Shown: positions 25,271 through 39,200 of the stretch, in pieces | How the letters are laid out: every line of letters begins with the position of its first letter | Position numbering within the stretch: the first letter of the stretch is position 1 | DNA from: Eledone cirrhosa | Taxonomy: Eukaryota | Direction of reading: 5' to 3' | DNA: 64,000 nucleotides | Assembly: GCA_964016885.1 (NCBI GenBank) | Contig: OZ024742.1 | Span: forward strand, 167,338,001-167,402,000 | Translations under genes and position numbers: made by a program | The notes under the pieces: model-generated | Databases searched by the model: none | What the model was told of the DNA's origin: nothing | The model's input: the letters and a program-made list of their open reading frames with translations, nothing else

Positions 25271-26116
25271 ATAATTTTAAAAAAAAAACAGGCGAAGATA
25301 ATTTGTAAAAAAAAAATCAGGGGGAGATAATTTTTAAAAAAAAATCAGGGGGAGATAATTTGTAAAAAAAAATCAGGGGGAGGTAATTTGTAAAAAAAAT
25401 CAAGGGGAGATAATTTCCAGCCGTCCAAGGGAAGATAATTTCCAGCCCTCCAAGGGGCTATAATTTCCAGCGTCCAAGGGGAGATAATTTCCAGCCAGCG
25501 AAGGGGAGATAATTTTTTTTTTTTTAAATTAGGGGGACATAATTTGTAAAAAAAATCAGGGGGAGATAATTTGTAAAAAAAATCAAGGGGAGATAATTTT
25601 TAAAAAAAAATCAGGGGGAGATAATTTGTAAAAAAAAATCAGGGGGAGATAATTTGTAAAAAAAATCAAGGGGAGATAATTTGTAAAAAAAAATCAAGGG
25701 GAGATAATTTCCAGCCGTCCAAGGGGAGATAATTTTCAGCCGTCCAAGGGGAGATAATTTCCCGCCAGCCAAGGAAAGATAATATTTAAAAAAATCAGGC
25801 GGAGATAATTTGTAAAAAAAATCAGGGGGAGATAATTTGTAAAAAAATCAGGGGGAGATAATTTGTAAAAAAAAAATCAGGGGGAGATAATTTGTAAAAA
25901 AAATCAGGGGGAGATAATTTGTAAAAAAAAATCAGGGGGAGATAATTTGTAAAAAAAAATCAGGGGGAGATAATTTGTAAAAAAAATCAATTGGAGATAA
26001 TTTCCAGCCGTCCAAGGGGAGATAATTTTCAGCCGTCCAAGGAGAGGTAATTTCTAGACGTCCAAGGGGAGATAATTTCCAGCCGTCCAAGGGGAGATAA
26101 TTTCCAGCCGTCCAAG

Positions 26117-28860
26117 GGTAGATAATATCCAGCCGTCCAAGGAGACATATTTTCCAGCTTTCCAAGGAGAGGTAATTTCTAGCCGTCCAAGGGGAGATAA
26201 ATTCCAGCCTCCAAGGGGAGATAATTTCCAGCCAGCCAAGGGGAGATAATTTGTAAAAAAATCAGGGGGAGATAATTTGTAAAAAAAAATCAGGGGCAGA
26301 TAATTTGTAAAAAAAATCAGGAGGAGATAATTTGTAAAAAAAATCAGGGGGAGATAATTTGTAAAAAAAATCAAGGGGAGATAATTTCCAGCCGTCCAAG
26401 GGGAGATAATTTTCAGCCGTCCAAGGGGAGATAATTTCCCGCCAGCCAAGGGAAGATAATATTTAAAAAATGAGGCGGAGATAATTTGTAAAAAAATCAG
26501 GGGGAGATAATTTGTAAAAAAAAAATCAGGGAGAGATAATTTGTAAAAAAAATCAGGGGGAGATAATTTGTAAAAAAAAATCAGGGGTAGATAATTTGTA
26601 AAAAAAAATCAGGGGGAGATAATTTGTAAAAAAAATCAGGGTGAGATAATTTGTAAAAAAAATCAAGGGGAGATAATTTCCAGCCGTCCAAGGGAAGATA
26701 ATTTCAAGCCCTCCAAGGGGCTATAATTTCCAGTGTCCAAGGGGAGATAATTTCCAGCCAGCGAAGGGGAGATAATTTTTTTTTTTAAATCAGGGGGAGA
26801 TTTGTACAAAAAATCAGGGGGAGATAATTTGTAAAAAAAATCAAAGGGAGATAATTTCCAGCCGTCCAAAGAGAGATAATTTCTAGCCGTCCAAGGGGAG
26901 ATAATTTCGAGCCAAGCGGAGATAATTTCCAGCCGTCCAAGGGGAGATAATTTTTTGAAAAATCAGGTGGAGATAATTTGTAAAAAAAATCAGGGGGAGA
27001 TAATTTGTAAAAACAAAATCAAGGGCAGATAATTTCCAGCTGTCCAAGGGGAGATAATTTCCAGCCGTGCAAGGGGAGATAATTTCCAGCCGTCCAAGGG
27101 GAGATAATTTCCATCCTTCCAAGGGGAGATAATTTCCAGCCGTCCAAGGGGAGATAATTTCCCGCCAGCCAAGGGAAGATAATTTTTTAAAAAATCAGGC
27201 GGAGATTGTAAAAAAAATCAGGGGGAGATAATTTGTAAAAAAATCAGGGGGAGATAATTTGTAAAAAAATCAAGGGGAGATAATTTCCAGCTGTCCAAAG
27301 GGAGGTAATATCTAGCCGTCCAAGGGGAGATAATTTCCAGCCGTCCAAGGGGAGATAATTTCCAGCCGTCCAAGGGTAGATAATATCCAGCCGTCCAAGG
27401 AGACATATTTTCCAGCCGTCCAAGGAGAGGTAATTTCTAGCCGTCCAAGTGGAGATAAATTCCAGCCTCCAAGGGGAGGGTAGATAATATCCAGCCGTCC
27501 AAGGAGACATATTTTCCAGCTTTCCAAGGAGAGGTAATTTCTAGCCGTCCAAGGGGAGATAAATTCCAGCCTCCAAGGGGAGATAATTTCCAGCCAGCCA
27601 AGGGGAGATAATTTGTAAAAAAATCAGGGGGAGATAATTTGTAAAAAAAAATCAGGGGCAGATAATTTGTAAAAAAAATCAGGAGATAATTTGTAAAAAA
27701 AATCAGGGGGAGATAATTTGTAAAAAAAATCAAGGGGAGATAATTTCCAGCCGTCCAAGGGGAGATAATTTTCAGCCGTCCAAGGGGAGATAATTTCCCG
27801 CCAGCCAAGGGAAGATAATATTTAAAAAATGAGGCGGAGATAATTTGTAAAAAAAATCAGGGGGAGATAATTTGTAAAAAAATCAGGGGGAGATAATTTG
27901 TAAAAAAAAAATCAGGGAGAGATAATTTGTAAAAAAAATCAGGGGGAGATAATTTGTAAAAAAAAATCAGGGGTAGATAATTTGTAAAAAAAATCAGGGG
28001 GAGATAATTTGTAAAAAAAATCAGGGTGAGATAATTTGTAAAAAAAATCAAGGGGAGATAATTTCCAGCCGTCCAAGGGAAGATAATTTCAAGCCCTCCA
28101 AGGGGCTATAATTTCCAGTGTCCAAGGGGAGATAATTTCCAGCCAGCGAAGGGGAGATAATTTTTTTTTTTAAATCAGGGGGAGATTTGTACAAAAAATC
28201 AGGGGGAGATAATTTGTAAAAAAAATCAAAGGGAGATAATTTCCAGCCGTCCAAAGAGAGATAATTTCTAGCCGTCCAAGGGGAGATAATTTCGAGCCAA
28301 GCGGAGATAATTTCCAGCCGTCCAAGGGGAGATAATTTTTTAAAAAATCAGGTGGAGATAATTTGTAAAAAAAATCAGGGGGAGATAATTTGTAAAAACA
28401 AAATCAAGGGCAGATAATTTCCAGCTGTCCAAGGGGAGATAATTTCCAGCCGTGCAAGGGGAGATAATTTCCAGCCGTCCAAGGGGAGATAATTTCCATC
28501 CTTCCAAGGGGAGATAATTTCCAGCCGTCCAAGGGGAGATAATTTCCCGCCAGCCAAGGGAAGATAATTTTTTAAAAAATCAGGCGGAGATTGTAAAAAA
28601 AATCAGGGGGAGATAATTTGTAAAAAAATCAGGGGGAGATAATTTGTAAAAAAAATCAAGGGGAGATAATTTCCAGCTGTCCAAAGGGAGGTAATATCTA
28701 GCCGTCCAAAGCGAGATAATTTCCAGCCGTCCAAGGGGAGATAATTTCCAGCCGTCCAAGGGTAGATAATATCCAGCCGTCCAAGGAGACATATTTTCCA
28801 GCCGTCCAAGGAGAGGTAATTTCTAGCCGTCCAAGTGGAGATAAATTCCAGCCTCCAAGG
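26117..28860 (+). repeat. Higher-order tandem duplication, period about 1.36-1.39 kb
   Basis: Offsets 26663->28048, 26990->28375 and 27218->28603 are all 1385. Shared variants CAGCTTTCC, ATGAGGCGG and CCAAGCGG. A visible junction scar lies at 27471-27490. Confidence 0.9.
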
Positions 28861-31800
28861 GGAGATAATTTCCAGCCAGCCAAGGGGAGATAATTTGTAA
28901 AAAAATCAGGGGGAGATAATTTGTAAAAAAAATCAGGGGGAGATAATTTGTAAAAAAAAATCAGGGGGAGATAATTTGTAAAAAAAATCAGGGGGAGATA
29001 ATTTGTAAAAAAAATCAAGGGGAGATAATTTCCAGCCGTCCAAGGAGAGATAATTTTAAAAAAAAATCAGGCGGAGATAATTTGTAAAAAAAAATCAGGG
29101 GGAGATAATTTGTAAAAAAAAATCAGGGGGAGATAATTTGTAAAAAAAATCAAGGGGAGATAATTTCCAGCCGTCCAAGGGGAGATAATTTTCAGCCGTC
29201 CAAGGGGAGATAATTTCCAGCCGTCCAAGGGGAGATAATTTGAAAAAAAAATCAGGCGGAGATAATTTGTAAAAAAAATCAAGGGGAGATAATTTGCAAC
29301 CGTCCAAGGGGACATAATTTTCAGTCGTCCAAGGAGAGGTAATTTCTAGCCGTACAAGGGGAGATAATTTCCAGCCGTCCAAGGGGAGATAATTTCCAGC
29401 CGTCCAAGGGGAGATAATTTTTTTTAAAAAATCAGGCGGAGATAATTTGTAAAAAAAAAATCAGGGGGAGATAATTTGTAAAAAAAAATCAGGGGGAGAT
29501 AATTTGTAAAAAAAATCAGGGGGAGATAATTTGTAAAAAAAATCAAGGGGAGATAATTTCCAGCCGTCCAAGGGAAGATAATTTCCAGCCCTCCAAGGGG
29601 CTATAATTTCCAGCGTCCAAGGGGAGATAATTTCCAGCCAGCGAAGGGGAGATAATTGTTTTAAAAAAATCATTGGGAGATTTGTAAAAAAAATCAGGGG
29701 GAGATAATTAATAAAAAAAGTCAAGGGGAGATAATTTCCAGCCGTCCAAGGGGAGGTAATATCTAGCCGTCCAAGGGGAGATAATTTCCAGCCGTCCAAG
29801 GGGAGATAATTTCCAGCCGTCCAAGGGTAGATAATATCCAGCCGTCCAAGGAGACATATTTTCCAGCCGTCCAAGGAGAGGTAATTTCTAGCCGTCCAAG
29901 GGGAGATAAATTCCAGCCTCCAAGGGGAGATAATTTCCAGCCAGCCAAGGGGAGATAATTTGTAAAAAAATCAGGGGGAGATAATTTGTAAAAAAAATCA
30001 GGGGTAGATAATTTGTAAAAAAAAATCAGGGGGAGATAATTTGTAAAAAAAAATCAGGGGGAGATAATTTGTAAAAAAAATCAAGGGGAGATAATTTCCA
30101 GCCGTCCAAGGAGAGATAATTTTTAAAAAAAATCAGGCGGAGATAATTTGTAAAAAAAAATCAGGGGGAGATAATTTGTAAAAAAAAATCAGGGGGAGAT
30201 AATTTGTAAAAAAAATCAAGGGGAGATAATTTCCAGCCGTCCAAGGGGAGATAATTTCCAGCCGTCCAAGGGGAAATAATTTTTTTAAAAAAATCAGGCG
30301 GAGATAATTTGTAAAAAAAATCAGGGGGAGATAATTTGTAAAAAAAAATCAGGGGGAGATAATTTGTAAAAAAAAATCAGGGGGAGATAATTTCCAGCCG
30401 TCCAAGGTAAGATAATTTCCAGCCCTCCAAGGGGCTATAATTTCCAGCATCCAAGGGGAGATAATTTCCAGCCGTCCAAGGGTAGATAATATCCAGCCGT
30501 CCAAGTAGACATATTTTCCAGCCGTCCAAGGAGAGGTAATTTCTAGCCGTCCAAGGGGAGATAAATTCCAGCCTCCAAAGGTAGATAATTTCCAGCCAGC
30601 CAAGGGGAGATAATTTGTAAAAAAATCAGGGGGAGATAATTTGTAAAAAAAATCAGGGGGAGATAATTTGTAAAAAAAAATCAGGGGGAGATAATTTGTA
30701 AAAAAAAATCAGGGGGAGATAATTTGTAAAAAAAAATCAGGGGGAGATAATTTGTAAAAAAAATCAAGGGGAGATAATTTCCAGCCGTCCAAGGGGAGAT
30801 AATTTTCAGCCGTCCAAGGGGAGATAATTTCCAGCCGTCCAAGGGGAGATAATTTCCATCCTTCCAAGGGGAGATAATTTCCAGCCGTCCAAGGGGAGAT
30901 AATTTTCAGTCGTCCAAGGGGAGATAATTTCCCGCCAGCCAAGGGAAGATAATATTTTAAAAAATCAGGCGGAGATAATTTGTAAAAAAAATCAGGGGGA
31001 GATAATTTGTAAAAAAATCAGGGGGAGATAATTTGTAAAAAAAAAATCAGGGGGAGATAATTTGTAAAAAAAATCAGGGGGAGATAATTTGTAAAAAAAA
31101 AATCAGGGGTAGATAATTTGTAAAAAAAAATCAGGGGGAGATAATTTGTAAAAAAAAAATCAGGGGGAGATAATTTGTAAAAAAAATCAGGGGGAGATAA
31201 TTTGTAAAAAAAAATCAGGGGGAGATAATTTCCAGCCGTCCAAGGGGAGATAATTTTCAGCCGTCCAAGGGGAGATAATTTCCCGCCAGCCAAGGGAAGA
31301 TAATATTTAAAAAAATCAGGCGGAGATAATTTGTAAAAAAAATCAGGGGGAGATAATTTGTAAAAAAATCAGGGGGAGATAATTTGTAAAAAAAATCAAG
31401 GGGAGATAATTTCCAGCCGTCCAAGGGGAGGTAATATCTAGCCGTCCAAGGGGAGATAATTTCCAGCCGTCCAAGAGGAGATAATTTCCAGCCGTCCAAG
31501 GGTAGATAATATCCAGCCGTCCAAGGAGACATATTTTCCAGCCGTCCAAGGAGAGGTAATTTCTAGCCGTCCAAGGGGAGATAAATTCCAGCCTCCAAAG
31601 GGAGATAATTTCCAGCCAGCCAAGGGGAGATAATTTGTAAAAAAAATCAAGGGGAGATAATTTGTAAAAAAAATCAGGGGGAGATAATTTGTAAAAAAAA
31701 ATCAGGGGGAGATAATTTGTAAAAAAAATCAGGGGGAGATAATTTGTAAAAAAAAATCAAGGGGAGATAATTTCCAGCCGTCCAAGGGGAGATAATTTCC

Positions 31801-33204
31801 CGCCAGCCAAGGGAAGATAATATTTAAAAAATCAGGCGGAGATAATTTGTAAAAAAAATCAGGGGGAGATAATTTGTAAAAAAATCAGGGGGAGATAATT
31901 TGTAAAAAAAAAATCAGGGGGAGATAATTTGTAAAAGAAATCAGGGGGAGATGATTTGTAAAAAAAAATCAGGGGTAGATAATTTGTAAAAAAAAATCAG
32001 GGGGAGATAATTTGTAAAAAAAAATCAGGGGGAGATAATTTGTAAAAAAAAATCAGTGGGAGATAATTTGTAAAAAAATCAAGGGGAGATAATATGCAGC
32101 CGTCCAAGGGGAGATAATTTTCAGCCGTCCAAGGAGAGTTAATTTCTAGCCGTCCAAGGGGAGATAATTTCCAGCCGTCCAAGGGGAGATAATTTCCAGC
32201 CGTCCAAGGGGAGATAGTTTTTTTAAAAAAATCAGGCGGAGATAATTTGTAAAAAAAAAATCAGGGGGAGATAATTTGTAAAAAAAAATCAGGGGGAGAT
32301 AATTTGTAAAAAAAAATCAAGGGGAGATAATTTGTAAAAAAAATCAGGGGGAGATAATTAGTAAAAAAATCAAGGGGAGATAATTTCCAGCCGTCCAAGG
32401 GGAGGTAATATCTAGCCGTCCAAGGGGAGATAATTTCCAGCCGTCCAAGGGGAGATAATTTCCAGCCGTCCAAGGGTAGATAATATCCAGCCGTCCAAGT
32501 AGACATATTTTCCAGCCGTCCAAGGAGAGGTAATTTCTAGCCGTCCAAGGGGAGATAAATTCTAGCCTCCAAGGGGAGATAATTTCCAGCCAGCCAAGGG
32601 GAGATAATTTGTAAAAAAATCAGGGGGAGATAATTTGTAAAAAAAATCAGGGGGAGATAATTTGTAAAAAAAAATCAGGGGGAGATAATTTGTAAAAAAA
32701 ATCAGGGGGAGATAATTTGTAAAAAAAAATCAGGGGGAGATAATTTGTAAAAAAAATCAAGGGGAGATAATTTCCAGCCGTCCAAGGGGAGATAATTTCC
32801 AGCCGTCCAAGGGGAGGTAATATCTAGCCGTCCAAGGGGAGATAATTTCCAGCCGTCCAAGAGGAGATAATTTCCAGCCGTCCAAGGGAAGATAATTTCA
32901 AGCCCTCCAAGGGGCTATAATTTCCAGTGTCCAAGGGGAGATAATTTCCAGCCAGCGAAGGGGAGATAATTTTTTTTTAAAAATCAGGGGGAGATTTGTA
33001 AAAAAAATCAGGGGGAGATAATTTGTAAAAAAAATCAAGGGGAGATAATTTCCAGCCGTCGAAGGGAAGATAATTTCCAGCCCTCCAAGGGGCTATAATT
33101 TCCAGCGTCCAAGGGGAGATAATTTCCAGCCAGCGAAGGGGAGATAATTTTTTTAAAAAAATCATTGGGAGATTTGTAAAAAAAATCAGGGAGAGACAAT
33201 TTGT

Positions 33205-36200
33205 AAAAAAAATCAAGGGGAGATAATTTCCAGCCGTCCAAGGGGAGGTAATATCTAGCCGTCCAAGGGGAGATAATTTCCAGCCGTCCAAGGGGAGATA
33301 ATTTCCAGCCGTCCAAGGGTAGATAATATCCAGCCGTCCAAGTAGACATTTTCCAGCCGTCCAAGGAGAGGTAATTTCTAGCCGTCCAAGGGGAGATAAA
33401 TTCCAGCCTCCAAGGGGAGATAATTTCCAGCCAGCCAAGGGGAGATAATTTGTAAAAAAAATCAGGGGGAGATAATTTGTAAAAAAAAATCAGGGGGAGA
33501 TAATTTGTAAAAAAAAATCAGGGGGAGATAATTTGTAAAAAAAAATCAGGGGGAGATAATTTGTAAAAAAAATCAAGGGGAGATAATTTCCAGCCGTCCA
33601 AGGGGAGATAATTTTCAGCCGTCCAAGGGGAGATAATTTCCAGCCGTCCAAGGGGAGATAATTTCCATCCTTCCAAGGGGAGATAATTTCCAGCCGTCCA
33701 AGGGGAGATAATTTCCCGCCAACCAAGGGAAGATAATTTTTAAAAAAATCAGGCGGAGATTGTAAAAAAAATCAGGGGGAGATAATTTGTAAAAAAAAAA
33801 TCAGGGGGAGATAATTTGTAAAAAAAATCAGGGGGAGATAATTTGTAAAAAAAAATCAAGGGGAGATAATTTGTACAAAAAATCAGGGGTATATAATTTG
33901 TAAAAAAAAATCAGGGGGAGATAATTTGTAAAAAAAAATCAGGGGGAGATAATTTGTAAAAAAAATCAAGGGGAGATAATTTGCAGCCGTCCAAGGGGAG
34001 ATAATTTTCAGGGAGAGGTAATTTCTAGTCGTCCAAGTTGAGATAATATCCAGCCGTCCAAGGGGAGATAATTTCCAGCCGTCCAAGGGGAGATAATTTT
34101 TAAAAAAAAACAGGCGAAGATAATTTGTAAAAAAAAAATCAGGGGGAGATAATTTGTAAAAAAAAATCAGGGGGAGATAATTTGTAAAAAAAAATCAGGG
34201 GGAGGTAATTTGTGAAAAAAAATCAAGGGGAGATAATTTCCAGCCGTCCAAGGGAAGATAATTTCCAGCCCTCCAAGGGGCTATAATTTCCAGCGTCCAA
34301 GGGGAGATAATTTCCAGCCAGCGAAGGGGAGATAATTTTTTTTTTTTTAAATCAGGGGGAGATAATTTGTAAAAAAAAATCAGGGGGAGATAATTTCCAG
34401 CCGTCCAAGGGGAGATAATTTTCAGCCGTCCAAGGGGAGATAATTTTCAGCCGTCCAAGGGGAGATAATTTCCCGCCAGCCAAGGAAAGATAATATTTAA
34501 AAAAATCAGGCGGAGATAATTTGTAAAAAAAAATCAGGGGGAGATAATTTGTAAAAAAAATCAATTGGAGATAATTTCCAGCCGTCCAAGGGGAGATAAT
34601 TTTCAGCCGTCCAAGGAGAGGTAATTTCTAGACGTCCAAGGGGAGATAATTTCCAGCCGTCCAAGGGGAGATAATTTCCAGCCGTCCAAGGGTAGATAAT
34701 ATCCAGCCGTCCAAGGAGACATATTTTCCAGCTTTCCAAGGAGAGGTAATTTCTAGCCGTCCAAGGGGAGATAAATTCCAGCCTCCAAGGGGAGATAATT
34801 TCCAGCCAGCCAAGGGGAGATAATTTGTAAAAAAATCAGGGGGAGATAATTTGTAAAAAAAAATCAGGGGCAGATAATTTGTAAAAAAAATCAGGGGGAG
34901 ATAATTTGTAAAAAATATCAGGGGGAGATAATTTGTAAAAAAAATCAAGGGGAGATAATTTCCAGCCGTCCAAGGGGAGATAATTTTCAGCCGTCCAAGG
35001 GGAGATAATTTCCCGCCAGCCAAGGGAAGATAATATTTAAAAAATGAGGCGGAGATAATTTGTAAAAAAAATCAGGGGGAGATAATTTGTAAAAAAATCA
35101 GGGGGAGATAATTTGTAAAAAAAAAATCAGGGAGAGATAATTTGTAAAAAAAATCAGGGGGAGATAATTTGTAAAAAAAAATCAGGGGTAGATAATTTGT
35201 AAAAAAAAATCAGGGGGAGATAATTTGTAAAAAAAATCAGGGGGAGATAATTTGTAAAAAAAATCAAGGGGAGATAATTTCCAGCCGTCCAAGGGAAGAT
35301 AATTTCAAGCCCTCCAAGGGGCTATAATTTCCAGTGTCCAAGGGGAGATAATTTCCAGCCAGCGAAGGGGAGATAATTTTTTTTTTTAAATCAGTGGGAG
35401 ATTTGTACAAAAAATCAGGGGGAGATAATTTGTAAAAAAAATCAAAGGGAGATAATTTCCAGCCGTCCAAAGAGAGATAATTTCTAGCCGTCCAAGGGGA
35501 GATAATTTCGAGCCAAGGGGAGATAATTTCCAGCCGTCCAAGGGGAGATAATTTTTTAAAAAATCAGGTGGAGATAATTTGTAAAAAAAATCAGGGGGAG
35601 ATAATTTGTAAAAACAAAATCAAGGGCAGATAATTTCCAGCTGTCCAAGGGGAGATAATTTCCAGCCGTGCAAGGGGAGATAATTTCCAGCCGTCCAAGG
35701 GGAGATAATTTCCATCCTTCCAAGGGGAGATAATTTCCAGCCGTCCAAGGGGAGATAATTTCCCGCCAGCCAAGGGAAGATAATTTTTTAAAAAATCAGG
35801 CGGAGATTGTAAAAAAAATCAGGGGGAGATAATTTGTAAAAAAATCAGGGGGAGATAATTTGTAAAAAAATCAAGGGGAGATAATTTCCAGCTGTCCAAG
35901 GGGAGGTAATATCTAGCCGTCCAAGGGGAGATAATTTCCAGCCGTCCAAGGGGAGATAATTTCCAGCCGTCCAAGGGTAGATAATATCCAGCCGTCCAAG
36001 GAGACATATTTTCCAGCCGTCCAAGGAGAGGTAATTTCTAGCCGTCCAAGTGGAGATAAATTCCAGCCTCCAAGGGGAGATAATTTCCAGCCAGCCAAGG
36101 GGAGATAATTTGTAAAAAATTCAGGGGGAGATAATTTGTAAAAAAAATCAGGGGGAGATAATTTGTAAAAAAAAATCAGGGGGAGATAATTTGTAAAAAA

Positions 36201-39200
36201 AATCAGGGGGAGATAATTTGTAAAAAAAATCAAGGGGAGATAATTTCCAGCCGTCCAAGGAGAGATAATTTAAAAAAAAAATCAGGCGGAGATAATTTGT
36301 AAAAAAAAATTAGGGGGAGATAATTTGTAAAAAAAAATCAGGGGGAGATAATTTGTAAAAAAAATCAAGGGGAGATAATTTCCAGCCGTCCAAGGGGAGA
36401 TAATTTTCAGCCGTCCAAGGGGAGATAATTTCCAGCCGTCCAAGGGGAGATAATTTAAAAAAAAAATCAGGCGGAGATAATTTGTAAAAAAAATCAAGGG
36501 GAGATAATTTGCAACCGTCCAAGGGGACATAATTTTCAGTCGTCCAAGGAGAGGTAATTTCTAGCCGTACAAGGGGAGATAATTTCCAGCCGTCCAAGGG
36601 GAGATAATTTCCAGCCGTCCAAGGGGAGATAATTTTTTTTTAAAAATCAGGGGGAGATAATTTGTAAAAAAAAATCAGGGGGAGATAATTTGTAAAAAAA
36701 AATCAGGGGGAGATAATTTGTAAAAAAAATCAAGGGGAGATAATTTCCAGCCGTCCAAGGGAAGATAATTTCCAGCCCTCCAAGGGGCTATAATTTCCAG
36801 CGTCCAAGGGGAGATAATTTCCAGCCAGCGAAGGGGAGATAATTGTTTTAAAAAAATCATTGGGAGATTTGTAAAAAAAATCAGGGGGAGATAATTAATA
36901 AAAAAAATCAAGGGGAGATAATTTCCAGCCGTCCAAGGGGAGGTAATATCTAGCCGTCCAAGGGGAGATAATTTCCAGCCGTCCAAGGGAGATAATTTCC
37001 AGCCGTCCAAGGGTAGATAATATCCAGCCGTCCAAGGAGACATATTTTCCAGCCGTCCAAGGAGAGGTAATTTCTAGCCGTCCAAGGGGAGATAAATTCC
37101 AGCCTCCAAGGGGAGATAATTTCCAGCCAGCCAAGGGGAGATAATTTGTAAAAAAATCAGGGGGAGATAATTTGTAAAATAAATCAGGGGTAGATAATTT
37201 GTAAAAAAAAATCAGGGGGAGATAATTTGTAAAAAAAAATCAGGGGGAGATAATATGTAAAAAAAATCAAGGGGAGATAATTTCCAGCCGTCCAAGGAGA
37301 GATAATTTTTAAAAAAAATCAGGCGGAGATAATTTGTAAAAAAAAATCAGGGGGAGATAATTTGTAAAAAAAAATCAGGGGGAGATAATTTGTAAAAAAA
37401 ATCAAGGGGAGATAATTTCCAGCCGTCCAAGGGGAGATAATTTCCAGCCGTCCAAGGGGAAATAATTTTTTTAAAAAAATCAGGCGGAGATAATTTGTAA
37501 AAAAAATCAGGGGGAGATAATTTGTAAAAAAAAATCAGGGGGAGATAATTTGTAAAAAAAAATCAGGGGGAGATAATTTCCAGCCGTCCAAGGTAAGATA
37601 ATTTCCAGCCCTCCAAGGGGCTATAATTTCCAGCATCCAAGGGGAGATAATTTCCAGCCGTCCAATGGTAGATAATATCCAGCCGTCCAAGTAGACATTT
37701 TCCAGCCGTCCAAGGAGAGGTAATTTCTAGCCGTCCAAGGGGAGATAAATTCCAGCCTCCAAGGGGAGATAATTTCCAGCCAGCCAAGGGGAGATAATTT
37801 GTAAAAAAATCAGGGGGAGATAATTTGTAAAAAAAATCAGGGGGAGATAATTTGTAAAAAAAATCAGGGGGAGATAATTTGTAAAAAAAAATCAGGGGGA
37901 GATAATTTGTAAAAAAAAATCAGGGGGAGATAATTTGTAAAAAAAATCAAGGGGAGATAATTTCCAGCCGTCCAAGGGGAGATAATTTTCAGCCGTCCAA
38001 GGGGAGATAATTTCCAGCCGTCCAAGGGGAGATAATTTCCATCCTTCCAAGGGGAGATAATTTCCAGCCGTCCAAGGGGAGATAATTTTCAGTCGTCCAA
38101 GGGGAGATAATTTCCCGCCAGCCAAGGGAAGATAATATTTTAAAAAATCAGGCGGAGATAATTTGTAAAAAAAATCAGGGGGAGATAATTTGTAAAAAAA
38201 TCAGGGGGAGATAATTTGTAAAAAAAAAATCAGGGGGAGATAATTTGTAAAAAAAATCAGGGGGAGATAATTTGTAAAAAAAAAATCAGGGGTAGATAAT
38301 TTGTAAAAAAAAATCAGGGGGAGATAATTTGTAAAAAAAAAATCAGGGGGAGATAATTTGTAAAAAAAATCAGGGGGAGATAATTTGTAAAAAAAAATCA
38401 GGGGGAGATAATTTCCAGCCGTCCAAGGGGAGATAATTTTCAGCCGTCCAAGGGGAGATAATTTCCCGCCAGCCAAGGGAAGATAATATTTAAAAAAATC
38501 AGGCGGAGATAATTTGTAAAAAAAATCAGGGGGAGATAATTTGTAAAAAAATCAGGGGGAGATCATTTGTAAAAAAAATCAAGGGGAGATAATTTCCAGC
38601 CGTCCAAGGGGAGGTAATATCTAGCCGTCCAAGGGGAGATAATTTCCAGCCGTCCAACAGGAGATAATTTCCAGCCGTCCAAGGGTAGATAATATCCAGC
38701 CGTCCAAGGAGACATATTTTCCAGTCGTCCAAGGAGAGGTAATTTCTAGCCGTCCAAGGGGAGATAAATTCCAGCCTCCAAGGGGAGATAATTTCCAGCC
38801 AGCCAAGGGGAGATAATTTGTAAAAAAAATCAGGGGGAGATAATTTGTAAAAAAAATCAGGGGTAGATAATTTGTAAAAAAAAATCAGGGGGAGATAATT
38901 TGTAAAAAAAAATCAGGGGGAGATAATTTGTAAAAAAAATCAAGGGGAGATAATTTCCAGCCGTCGAAGGGAAGATAATTTCCAGCCCTCCAAAGGGCTA
39001 TAATTTCCAGCGTCCAAGGGGAGATAATTTCCAGCCGTCCAAGGGGAGATAATTTCCAGCCGTCCAAGGGTAGATAATATCCAGCCGTCCAAGTAGACAT
39101 TTTCCAGCCGTCCAAGGAGAGGTAATTTCTAGCCGTCCAAGGGGAGATAAATTCCAGCCTCCAAGGGAAGATAATTTCCAGCCAGCCAAGGGGAGATAAT

